Shown: positions 12,093 to 23,175 of the stretch, piece after piece
Numbering within the stretch: the stretch's first letter is position 1
Layout of the letters: each line of letters begins with the position of its first letter
NCBI RefSeq assembly: GCF_947568905.1
Contig: NC_079165.1
Span: 31,310,001 to 31,374,000 of the forward strand
Length of the DNA stretch: 64,000 bases
Source of the DNA: Ostrea edulis
Taxonomy: Eukaryota
Reading direction: 5' to 3'
Translations under genes and position numbers: made by a program
The notes under the pieces: generated by a model
What the model was told of the DNA's origin: nothing
Database searches by the model: none
What the model saw: only the letters and a program-made list of their open reading frames with translations

Positions 12093-12681
12093 TAGTGTTC
12101 TGTAATGCTAATAATGGCTTTAGTAGATAATTTTTGTAAGAACCATTTAATTCATTAATCACATAACTGAAAATAAGTAACTTTTTGTAAAAATACCTAG
12201 TATCTTGCAAATGATTTCGCCGATATTGTGAAAATGTTCCTCTTTCTTAAGAAAAGTATCCTTTTATCTCGTTTAGTACGTAATTCATCAAACAAAATCA
12301 TGATTTCTAAATTTGATCACGTGTTTACATGATAATTCCTAACGAGAGTCTACATTTACCATTCTTATATGCCACAATAGAATTACCTGCATGCTTTGTA
12401 CGCTACTGCGGGTGCTGCTTAATAGGTTATCCTTGCATGCAATGCTGCGCTCTTTGCACGGGACGATTCGGAACGCTTTTAATTCTAGTAGCATGTTTTA
12501 GGGTTTGTTATATGTCAATGTCATTGAAAGGGAAACTTCGCTATGCAGATTTAAGTTACGTATTTATTCATTTTTCTCCATTTTCAAGAAAGAAATCTTG
12601 CATTGATAGTTTTCAAGATGGGATAAAAAATGTCGAGTTAACTGGAAGGGCAGATTTCCCTATAAGCTTGTTGTGTAGTAC

Positions 12682-13515
12682 CAATCTGATTAAAACCAGA
12701 TCCTGAGATCCGCTCACTTAGATCGCTACACTAGGATCTGACGTAACCCCATATAGGGTCACGTCCGCATGACCTTTCGTTAAGCCAATCAAATTGACCC
12801 TGTCGATTTCTACCAACGATAATTTTTCTCCCATAAACCTTTGCGTCATTATTTACGTTAGAGATGCAATTAAAAAAAATGGCTGCGCGTTTGACAGACG
12901 ACTGCACACCTGTCAAAACATGTGATTTAAACAACGTCTGTTTTCTCTACGGGTTTTCTTTCATTCAAACGCTAAAAAATCCCGATGGAGTTCACAATTC
13001 AAGGAAAATGGCTGCGATTGTTTGGTTTGAAAGAAAACATATCGCAGCTAGATGCGACGTCACAATGCACCGTTTACGTCGACTGGCGTTATATTCCTCG
13101 CGTTATTTAAGTAATCCATCTTGAAATCTATTCAATTCGTACCCGTCCCTATTCATACATAAATCTGAATTCACAATTATTTTAATTTGGGTATATTTCA
13201 TATCGTACGTTTTGTTGTTTGAATGAACGGAATAGATTAAACATTATTGCGAAAGTTTGAAATTCGTTATGCGAGAATATACAAATTTACAGTGTGGAAT
13301 AAATTTCGTGGGAGAGAGATTACAGCAATTTGTTTACGAATTTCCAGGAACCGTCTAAATAGCCATCATTGTCTGTATGGCGCAATCTGACTGGCTGATA
13401 GTTCTCATGAATATTCCAAGCGAAAGGTCATGCGGACATGACCCCCTATGGGGTTACGTCAGATCCTAGTGGAGCGATTGTGAGCGTATCTCAGGATCTG
13501 GTTTTAATCAGATTG
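12682..13515. mobile_element. Non-autonomous DNA transposon with ~100-bp TIRs and 9-bp TSD (Mutator-like)
   Basis: TSD gtgtagtac at 12673-12681 and 13516-13524; TIRs caatctgattaaaaccagatcctgag / ctcaggatctggttttaatcagattg. Confidence 0.85.
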
Positions 13516-14404
13516 GTGTAGTACATGCAATTAACTTCAAATGCACTAGCAGGAATACTATCTTACGAAGTTCCTTGTATCTTGTTTTGAAGACATTTTC
13601 TTTAAAAGTTAAGTAAGTAGTATATAATGATGCACTTACGATTTTACACTCAGTCGGGGACTGTATCGGTCGGGGTAATTCTTTGGCTGCGTCCTACCTA
13701 TGACGTAATTGGGTAGTCAATGCTTTCTCGCCATATGTTCAGCATTTAGAAACAAGAGTCGCAGATCTTTCAAATGAGAGTACATAGTAAATAGATCACC
13801 CACCACTGTAACCTTGAGCAAACTTTGTGGCACTTCACTCACAATTACGTGTACTTTACGTCTCGATCTGAGGAAGAGAAACTCAAATGGACTTACAACT
13901 TAAATGAGTAAACAGTCTGCAAGTGTGGTTAACATCATCACATTGAATCTCATTTTACAAATTATATTTCAATTAGTTAAAAATCATTTAATTTTACTTA
14001 TAACGCGCAATTCCATTGGCTGAGACTGATGGAGGAACATACAATATTTTGTATAATATAACATGCTATGAGGACACACCCCCTTCACAACCATCTGCTG
14101 GAACTACTTTCTTTACTTACATATTCAACAAAATCTAAAATCTCACTATGATTTTTAAAAAAAAAAAATGAATAATTTATATAATTTCTTGGTTTAGTTT
14201 GTTGTTCTTTTTTCCAATTCAGCACAATTTTACCATACATGTACCTCGCGGATTATAAAGCGTAAACTGCACCAAGTTACATTATATCGTATAATATAGG
14301 TCAAAATTAGCTTCATTCCTTAAATACATTGGTATTTTTACATAATCTTGAATTTTGCGAATCAGGCAAAAAAACGCATTTGATAAAGTTTAAATCGATT
14401 ATTT

Positions 14405-14500
14405 CTAGGAACCTGATCCCACCAGGAATCCGTGTTTGCCCAACTCTCCATTCCTTATAGGAATTATGAGATTGATCATTGTTCATTATCTTCACCTTTC
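14405..14500 (+). mobile_element. Penelope-like (Naiad-type) 3' terminal fragment, degenerate
   Basis: cctgatcccacc...ccgtgtttgcccaact...ttatcttcacctt. Confidence 0.7.
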
Positions 14501-15036
14501 TTGTGATCTCGGAAATCCTGTTTCGAAAGTGAAGATACCAAATTCACTACAGAAGTTTGATTAGATTAAATGCAGGAAATATTCAAATTCAAATGCTTTA
14601 TTGACGATTACCAAACATGAGGCGTACATCATAAATTAACATCACATATTAGTATATATATATAACACAATACACATTTTCAGATTAACCACAATTGTCC
14701 TGATTTCTCAATGCAGTGTACCTTAGATTAAAACACCCATTCAAATACTGACAAAAATGTTTTGTGAATGTATAATGTCTAGGATTCATGAGGCTTTTTA
14801 TGGAATTTGCATTCAAATCACCCAAATGTTCTGAATATTTTTTCTTAAATGATAGTATTTTGTACAAAATAATAGGAAGTGTTTCTCATCCTCAACTTCA
14901 TTCAAGCAGAATTTGCAAAATCTATTAGATCGTGGAATTGGAGGTGTACAGCATCTCCCAACCTCAATATTGAGGGGATGTGCACTTAGTCACGATTGAA
15001 GTCAGCATTTCGCAAATTCTATGGTCGTTATAACGA

Positions 15037-15602
15037 TGTAAAACTTATACGGTACCAATTTTGATGCACCAGATGCGCATTTCGACAAATAATGTCTCTT
15101 CAGTGATGCTCAACCGAAATCTTTGAAATCCAAAATAACTATGAAGTTTTAGAGCTAAATATAGGCAAAAACAGCGTGCCAAAAAAGTGGAGCCAAATTC
15201 GTCTAAGGATAAGAGCTATGCATGAGGGAGATAATCCTTAATTTTGAAATGAATTTCTAAATTTTGTAGCAGCAATTAAATACACATCCGTATTTTCAAG
15301 CTAGTAACGAAGTACTTAGCTACTGAGCTGTAGAGACCCTCGGGGACTAACAGTCCACCAGCAGAGGCCTCGACCCAGGGGTCATAGTGTAAAACCAAAA
15401 TAACTATGAAGTTTTAGATCTAAATATAGCCAAAAACAGCGTGCCAAAAAAGTGGAGCCAAATTCGTCCAAGGATAAGAGCTATGCATGAGGGAGATAAT
15501 CCTTAATTTTGAAATGAATTTCTAAATTTTGTAACAGCAATTAAATATACATCCGTATTTTCAAGCTAGTAACGAAGTACTTAGCTACTGGACTGTAGAG
15601 AT
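15037..15602 (-). mobile_element. Retrozyme array, copy 2: one 351-bp unit plus an internally deleted partial unit
   Basis: Unit starts gtaaaac at 15038 and 15389; hammerhead at 15061-15113. Confidence 0.9.
15061..15113 (-). ncRNA. Type I hammerhead ribozyme, intact core
   Basis: Minus strand ttgagcatca CTGAAGA gac-attattt-gtc GAA atgcgcat C tggtgc-a-tcaa; predicted cleavage between 15072 and 15071. Confidence 0.85.
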
Positions 15603-16113
15603 CTAGTTCGTCAACGGCAAAATTGACAACTCAACTGTATGACAAACGGGATTATTTTACTTCTCCATCATCAACTTCCCATATTTATGTAGCAATATTC
15701 CATTATCACCTGCATGTAGTGTTTATATCTCTCAACTGAGGCAAGCTACTGACAAACAAGTTGATGGTACAGGGGTTTCAACAGTCTCGATCGAAGTCAG
15801 CATTTCGCAAATTCTATGGTCATTATAACGATCTAGTTCGTCAATACAACCTATCATTGGGTCAAATGCTGCCTGACGTGTTTCATACCGATTGTTAGGC
15901 CGTTCTTGGCACACTGACTTTGACTACGGATAACTCCGTTTACCTGATCAGAATATAGGGCTCATGGCGGGTCTGATCTGTCGACAGGTGATGCTTACTC
16001 CTCCTAGGCACCTGATCCCACCTCTGGTGTGTCCAGGGGTCCGTGTTTACCCGACTATCTATTTTGTATTGCTTATAGGAGTTATGAGATTGATCACTGT
16101 TCGTTATCTTCCC
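15601..16113 (+). mobile_element. Penelope-like (Naiad-type) RT C-terminus and 3' UTR; a related short piece lies at 14997-15037
   Basis: LYDKRD...IINFPYLCSNIPLSPA motif and complete 3' UTR. Confidence 0.85.
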
Positions 16114-16674
16114 CTTTAGATCTGTAAGCTTTTGGTAATGTAAATTTCAAATATTCTTGCAATTTAAAATTATAATTGTATACTTGGCTATAAAATACAA
16201 GTTTTCCACAATTAGTTTGTTTTATGTTATCAAATTGATTACATATTTTATTTTCATAATACATGTAGTTTCTTGCTAAATGTTTCATGGGAAATCGCTA
16301 AAGAGGAAAGTCCAATCATCTTTGTAATAATACTCATTGATTTAGTCATGCTTGGACTAGTTTTTATATGAGATAATTTTTCATCCTCTTCAAAAGCATC
16401 AATTAACAATGGGTTATTATTTTGGGATGCAAATTCCATATTTTTTAACCTACAGTAATATTTAAAAATTGATTCATATATCTTAATGTGTATAGGATAT
16501 AGACCTAATTCCAAAAGTACTGCAACATTAAAAGCTTTCTTATGAACACCTGGTATGTCTTTCAAAATAGTATTTTGTACTTTCTCAAAAGGCAACTTTG
16601 ATTGGCTATTTATGTCAATCTTAAAATCAGTAATCCAGATTTCAGATGAATGTAAAACTTATACGGTACCAATT

Positions 16675-16727
16675 TTGATGCACCAGATGCGCATTTCGAC
16701 AAATAAAGTCTCTTCAGTGATGCTCAA
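16675..16727 (-). ncRNA. Type I hammerhead ribozyme, intact core
   Basis: CTGAAGA gac-tttattt-gtc GAA atgcgcat C tggtgc; predicted cleavage between 16686 and 16685. Confidence 0.85.
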
Positions 16728-17032
16728 CCGAAATTTTTAAAATCCGAAATAACAGTAAACTTGTAGGACCTAAGAGCTATTTTAGGGGAAAACAGAGTGC
16801 CAAAAAAAGTGGAGTCAAATTTGTCCAAGGATAAGAGCTATGCATGAGGGAGATAATCCTTAATTTTGAAATTAATTTTTAAATTTTATCACAGCAATTC
16901 AATATACATCCGTTTTTAAAGCTAGTAAGGAAGTACTTAGCTACTGGGCTGTAGAGATCCTCGGGGACTAACAGTCCACCAGCAGAGGCCTCGGCCCAGG
17001 GGTCATAGTGTAAAACTTATACGGTACCAATT

Positions 17033-17085
17033 TTGATGCACCAGATGCACATTTCGACAAATAATGTCTCTTCAGTGATGCTCAA
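17033..17085 (-). ncRNA. Type I hammerhead ribozyme, stem III variant atgtgcat
   Basis: Core intact; one C-to-T change in stem III. Confidence 0.8.
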
Positions 17086-18144
17086 CCGAAATTTTTGAAA
17101 TCCGAAATAACAGTAAACTTGTGGGCCCTAAGAGCTATTTTAGGGAAAAACAAAGTGCCAAAAAAGTGGAGTTGAATTTGTCTAAGGATAAGAGCTATGC
17201 ACGAGGGAGATGATATGTAACAATAGGTAATATGAGAGCCTGATACATTTTAAGCCATACTTGGACAGAAAGATCATTTGAAAAAGGTATTTTAGATTTA
17301 ATTGAAGAATAAGCCTAGCTTTATCCTCAAGGCTAGCACTTGCTTGTCTTAAACTTCCATTTGATGAAAATATTGATCCTAAATATTTATATTCAACAAT
17401 ATCTCTTCCAAAATAAAAACAAAATGGTTCATTGTTAATCTTTCTCTTTGAGAAAATCATAACTTTTGTCTTATCAAGATTTACATCCAACTTCCAATAT
17501 TTGCAGTAATCCTTTAACCCATTTAGACAATGCTGGAGACCAGATGATGACTCTGAAATCAGTATTAAGTCGTCTGCACAAAATAGATGATTAATAAGAA
17601 TAGTATTTAGTATTGCAGGTTCTGTTTTCTCTAAATCTAAATATTCTTGAAAATCATCAATGAACATGTTGAAAAGTGTCGGACTGAGATTATCGCCTTG
17701 TTTTACTCCGATATGGTATCAAATGGCTCACTTTGATAATAACTATCTTTACAAGCACATATAGTTGATGAATACATGTCTTGTAATATTTTTGCAAACT
17801 TCCCCCTATTCCTTCTTATAATATTTTCAGTATCATTGATGATCTCCATACATAATCATAAGCTTTCCTAAAGTCTACGTGACATGCAAATAGTTTTTGT
17901 TTTTTAACACGTCAAATACTTATTCACAAAAGTTTTAAAAATAAATATGTTATCTGAAGCTCTGTGATTTCTTCTAAAGCCTGACTGATGTGGACTCAAC
18001 AAATCATTTTCTTCTAAATAGTCATTCAGTCTCTTTTGTAGTAACCCATTAAATAATTTTCCTAGGCAGCTTGATACACTAAGTCCTCTATAATTATTAG
18101 TATTAGTAAATATTGACCTTGATATTTTGTTTTACTTCAGGAAG

Positions 18145-18196
18145 ATGGTGGTTATTTCTGGAATCTTCCTCCTTTTGTTTATTCGGGGGGAAACTG
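18145..18196 (+). CDS. IgSF receptor signal-peptide exon
   Basis: MVVISGIFLLLFIRGET with phase-1 donor gtaagt. Confidence 0.75.
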
Positions 18197-21100
18197 GTAA
18201 GTGTTATGTCAGTATCTACCACTGGTTTCTATATTTGTATGTCTCTTTCATATGATATAAAGAATGCTGGCCATATATCCTTTATTTGCCCTTTTCAGAT
18301 GCTTCCTATGGGCGAAACTTGACCTTTTTAATCCAATGTTTCACACACGCACACACACATTAATATATATACCTCTAGTATATCCAGGGATCCGTGTTTG
18401 TCCAACTTTCTATTTTGTATTGCTTATAAGAGTTATGAGATTGGTCACTGTTCGATATTTTCACTTTCATAAAATACGGACAATCATACAAAAATTGAAT
18501 CAAACAGCTTCCTAAGATCCTACAACAGAAAAAATTCCTTACCACCATTATTCAATTGTAGAGTGCACAGTCCTGGTTCAGCCATCACCGATCGCTAACG
18601 TGACTTATGGAAAGCCTTTGTACTTCAATTGTACATTTTCACCTTCTTGGGAGTCTGCCACCCTTAACATTCCTGGTGAATCTGGCTTCAAATTCGCCAT
18701 ATTTAATGGCGGATCATGTAATATCCCAAATGATAAACGGGCCGATTACAGCATTGCTTGTCATGGGAACACACTAACGTATGGGATTATGAAGCCACGA
18801 GACAATACAATATGGCGATGTACCTTTAGCAGCTCGAGTGTTACGGAACACGGTAACACCACCGTCAGTTTACAAGCAGGTATGGATGGACGAAAGACGA
18901 ATGTATCATTCAATTTATAAATACGCTACTGCTTACAGGACGTAGTAAATATGACAGTAGTTTAAAATGCAATGCACTATCTTTGAAATTATTGTTGTAA
19001 TGCGCTTTCATTAGACTGAATACTTTTTGTAACAGTTACACTAATTTGAAAAGGAATGCCTTTGAAATGTTGTAGTGGAAAGTCACATTTGGCTTCTTGT
19101 TGGGCAATGTGAATGTTTTTTCTTAATCACAATGTACTTTGCTAATACAGATTTAAAAATATAAAACCTGTCATGTACAGATATTCCATTCTAAACTGAG
19201 AGGGAGAATCACATGCCAAATCAACGGGTAGTTTTCAAAGAACAAATTTTCCTACGACTATTGATGATATCGCACAACACATTCAATGGATGGGCGAAAT
19301 CGTCAAATCATTAATATACAACGTAAAACTATCTTGTAATAATTCGGCTATGTAATAATGGTCTTGAGCCAATACCATTGTAAACACCTTTGTACGATTA
19401 TCAACAGTTGGATTGTTTTAAGTAAGTTATGAAATCCTTCCAATGCTGTGAATTATAAGCATCATCATTTTTGTATGAATCCAATTCAACCATGCTTGAA
19501 TAATTTTATGATCATAAATGTGTGAGTGTAAGTAAATGTTCATATCAATGCGCATTTTGCTTCTGAATGGAACAGAATGTGTCTATGTACTGTGACAGAA
19601 TTAGTGGTGTTGTTAAATAAATCGTTTTTGCTGCAGATAAACCTGTCATATTCCCACAACGAAATACCTATACCATCATAGAGGGTTCCAACATTTCCAT
19701 TCCGTGTACATTTACTGGTGCACCGATATACAACACTACCTGGGAACACGACAATATTGTCCTGCAATGGTCCGATCAAACTCAGCCCTTGGTTCTGAGT
19801 TTACAGAATGTCTCCAGATCAGCTGCAGGAAATTACACCTGTAACGTAACTGTTACCTTTAAGGGATACTACACCGCCTCAAATACAGTAGATTTGATCG
19901 TTGAATGTAAGTTAAAAAATAAAATTCAAATGATATATTTATTCTTCAATCAATTTTACGCCTTTTACAATTCTACCTGACATTTCTTTTTGAGAAAATG
20001 ACATTCCTATATGCATGTTTCATTGCTTGACTACGATATTATATTTTAATGGATTTCTTAGATCCGCCTACACTTAAACCAAGTAATGACACTACCGTCA
20101 ATGAAGGAACCGGAACTGTGTCGCTTGCCTGTGAGATTTTAGTAGATGGGTATCCCAGAAATTACAGCGACCTCTACTGGCAGCACTGGATAGACGACCA
20201 GTTGATAAGAGAACTAGCTTCCGACACCCATTCTACTGTTCCTGCTACTAAAAAATATCATCTAACCTTGAAATCGGTGAGTAATTTAGACAATACTGGA
20301 GTTAGTTGTGTCTTGTTGGTCGATGATTAATAGCTGAAATTCTATTTTCGAACAGGTTTCGTATAATGACACCGGACGTTACATGTGTTTAATGGGAAAT
20401 GGAATTTCAAATTTTGATGGGAGTGTAGAACAAACTGCTGAAGTTGAACTGTTTGTGCAAGGTAATGTTGCAAGTCAAGTAATTGATATAATGTTACCAT
20501 AGCTTAAAACTTTTATAAAGGTGAAATGGGATAATTTCTAACACGATCGCATTTCTCATTTCCAAACTTCAGCTATTCCAAGAATGTTACGATCAAAACA
20601 TGAGTATCATAGCCATGTTGGAAAAACATTAAAACTACAGTTTCAAAGTGTGGGCCACCCAGAGGTACATTATCTTATCAATTTCTTGTCGGGAGATACC
20701 ACTATTCCGTTCAATGAAACGGAGACGTTAAGCACAATGGATGTAGACATAAATGATAAAGTAGTTAAAATGAATGGAACTACCTTGGAAATGGATTTTA
20801 GCAAGATAAGACACAGATTCCGCACACGTTACCAGTTGATAGCAGAAAATTCCATGGGAAGAGTAACTCATAACTTCTTGGTTCAAGGACACGGTAAGAA
20901 AACCTTTCCAAACTTAAGAGGATATATTTCCAATTGACGTTCATTATGGATATTTCTTCATGATGCGAGATTTTGTTTTTGTAGATTTTCCGAGTAAACC
21001 TTTCCATATCCATTTCAAAGAATACGAGGCCTCCGCTTTCCTTGAGTGGGAAGCTGTCAGTCCAGACTTAGACATGACTTATGAAGTTATTCTTAAGAAT

Positions 21101-23121
21101 TATACTGGAGACGACATTCTCAATATAATTCCTGGATCAAATGCAAATATATACGAATATTGGTTGACTAATCTCACACTGAACACCGATAATATCCTTC
21201 TGTTGTGTACAACAAATGTTGTGGGTAGAAATTGCAGTTCCACATTCAAAATAAAAATGGACAAACCTCTATCTATAACTTTGCAAGGTATGTTGTATTT
21301 TTTATCTTGTACCAGCCATAAATTCATCTTCTTAAAATCAAATATCACGAGAAAGAAATGGGATGTAAATTAGAAAAATCTAGATACATCAGGAGATTGT
21401 TTTCTCTTACACAGTCGGAAATACTTTCACATATATCAGACCTACCTATGAATCATGAAGAACATTGGAAAATTATGACCTGGTTAAATTTGATTCTTAA
21501 AATGATATTCGTCTTCTCCATGTTAGCTTACTATAACTTCCTATCAATGACAACTTTCAGCCAATCAAGTGATATCGGAAACGACTTTGATCCCTGTTGT
21601 TGTTGGTTGTGTGGGACTTCCGAGCATCCTTGTCTTTATTCTGATTGCCTGGAATCGAAGAAAGCATTGTAAAAGTAATCAATTGTTTTTGTATTTGACC
21701 TGTTCAATTCATGAAATAGTCTAATACATTCACTGATTCACGTATTATACTTAACTGGTGATTTGTTTGTTTTTATACAGGCAGAAGTCTCGTCTCCCTA
21801 GAAAGGTAAAAACATTTCGAAGATTTAATCTCGAGGAAAGTATACGCTTTAATTTTTTGCCTTTGATTACGAATTTTCCATCGTCAACTTCCCAAATTTA
21901 TGTAACAATATTCCATTATCATCTGTACATGGTGTTTATACATCTCAACTGATTCGATACACAATAGCTTGTTCTACGTATGGTCAGTTTTTAAATCGAG
22001 GCAAGCTATTGACAAACAAGGTGATGGCACAGGGGTTTCAACAGTCTCGATCGAAGTCAGCATTTCGCAACTTCTATGGTCGTTACAACGATCTAGTTCG
22101 TCGATACAACTTATCATTGTGTCAAATGCTGTCTGATGTGTTTCATACCGATTGTTAGGCCGTTCTTGGCACACTGATTGTGACTACGGATAACTCAGTT
22201 TATCTGATCAGGATATAGGGCTCAAAGCGGGTGTAGCCGGTCGAAAGGGAATGCTTACTCCTCCTGGGCACCTGATCCAACCTCTTGTTTGTCCAGGGGT
22301 CCTTTTCTGCCCAACTATCTATTTTGTATTGCTTATAGGAGTTATGAGATTGATCACTGTTCGTTATATTCACCTTTCATTGATAATTAACGTTACATGA
22401 CAATAAGTTGGACAAAAGGCACTTAAAAGCTGTATGGTCCGAATTACAATATTTTTTCTCCATGTGGTAAAAACGCTATTAAATCATCGCACGTATGTAG
22501 TTATGAGGCTGTATGACATATCATACATTATTTCACCTGTTTCAACCCAAATTATTTGATTTTAAATCGATGTTTACAAATAACTGCGTCACTCTGCCAT
22601 TTCAAGTGATAGTCATGTGACCAGTTCAAACTTTCATATCAGCGGTGGTCTTATCTGTGTATTTTGTTACAACAGTACCGTGCCATAAGTTTAATAGAAA
22701 TGTAAATATCAAACACCTCTTAGACGAGTTAGTACATCATGTTCGGATTCCCCTGACGCACGTGGGTCTATTTATAGACGTCTATCATGGAATGATTCAT
22801 ATATGTACCACATTTATTTACTTTCTAAATAATATTCTCACTATTTTCTTTTACATGCAGATATTTTCAAGCATGCAATTAAGGGAAAGTTAATAACTTT
22901 ATAAAGTAATTGATTTGCTTTAAAGTAATAATGCACAAAAATAATACATGAACATCGGGTCATACAGCTTTAAGGTAACTGTGTTGTTATAGATGGACTC
23001 ACTCTGAGACTTGGTTAAAGAATACTAGGATGCATAGAATGATGAAACGTTGGGTAATTTAACAGTCTTTAAAACAATCCGACATATAAAAGTCCGTATT
23101 TCATCTTAATGTTATGATTCT

Positions 23122-23175
<54 letters not shown>

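Larger units (their letters stand above)
16651..17211 (-). mobile_element. Retrozyme array, copy 3: about 1.56 units of 358 bp with two hammerheads
   Basis: Unit starts gtaaaac at 16652 and 17010; hammerheads at 16675-16727 and 17033-17085. Confidence 0.9.
16115..17965 (-). mobile_element. Non-LTR retrotransposon RT-region relic (CR1/L2/RTE-X-like), split by the retrozyme insertion
   Basis: GVKQGDNLSPTLFNMFIDD, ADDLILIS, EYKYLG and ELGLYP motifs; ORFs 17182-17667 and 16254-16595. Confidence 0.85.

Noticed and set aside
15732-15914. Recurrent MCQERPNNRY... and MTGQQGMLTPP... ORFs at several loci
   Set aside because: They are antisense or UTR frames of the Penelope-like repeat, not genes.
15925-15960. 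CTGATCA in the Penelope-like 3' UTR as a hammerhead core
   Set aside because: It does not match CUGANGA and has no downstream stem II and GAAA.
19540-19779. 79-aa minus-strand ORF
   Set aside because: It is the antisense shadow of the plus-strand Ig exon 19637-19906.
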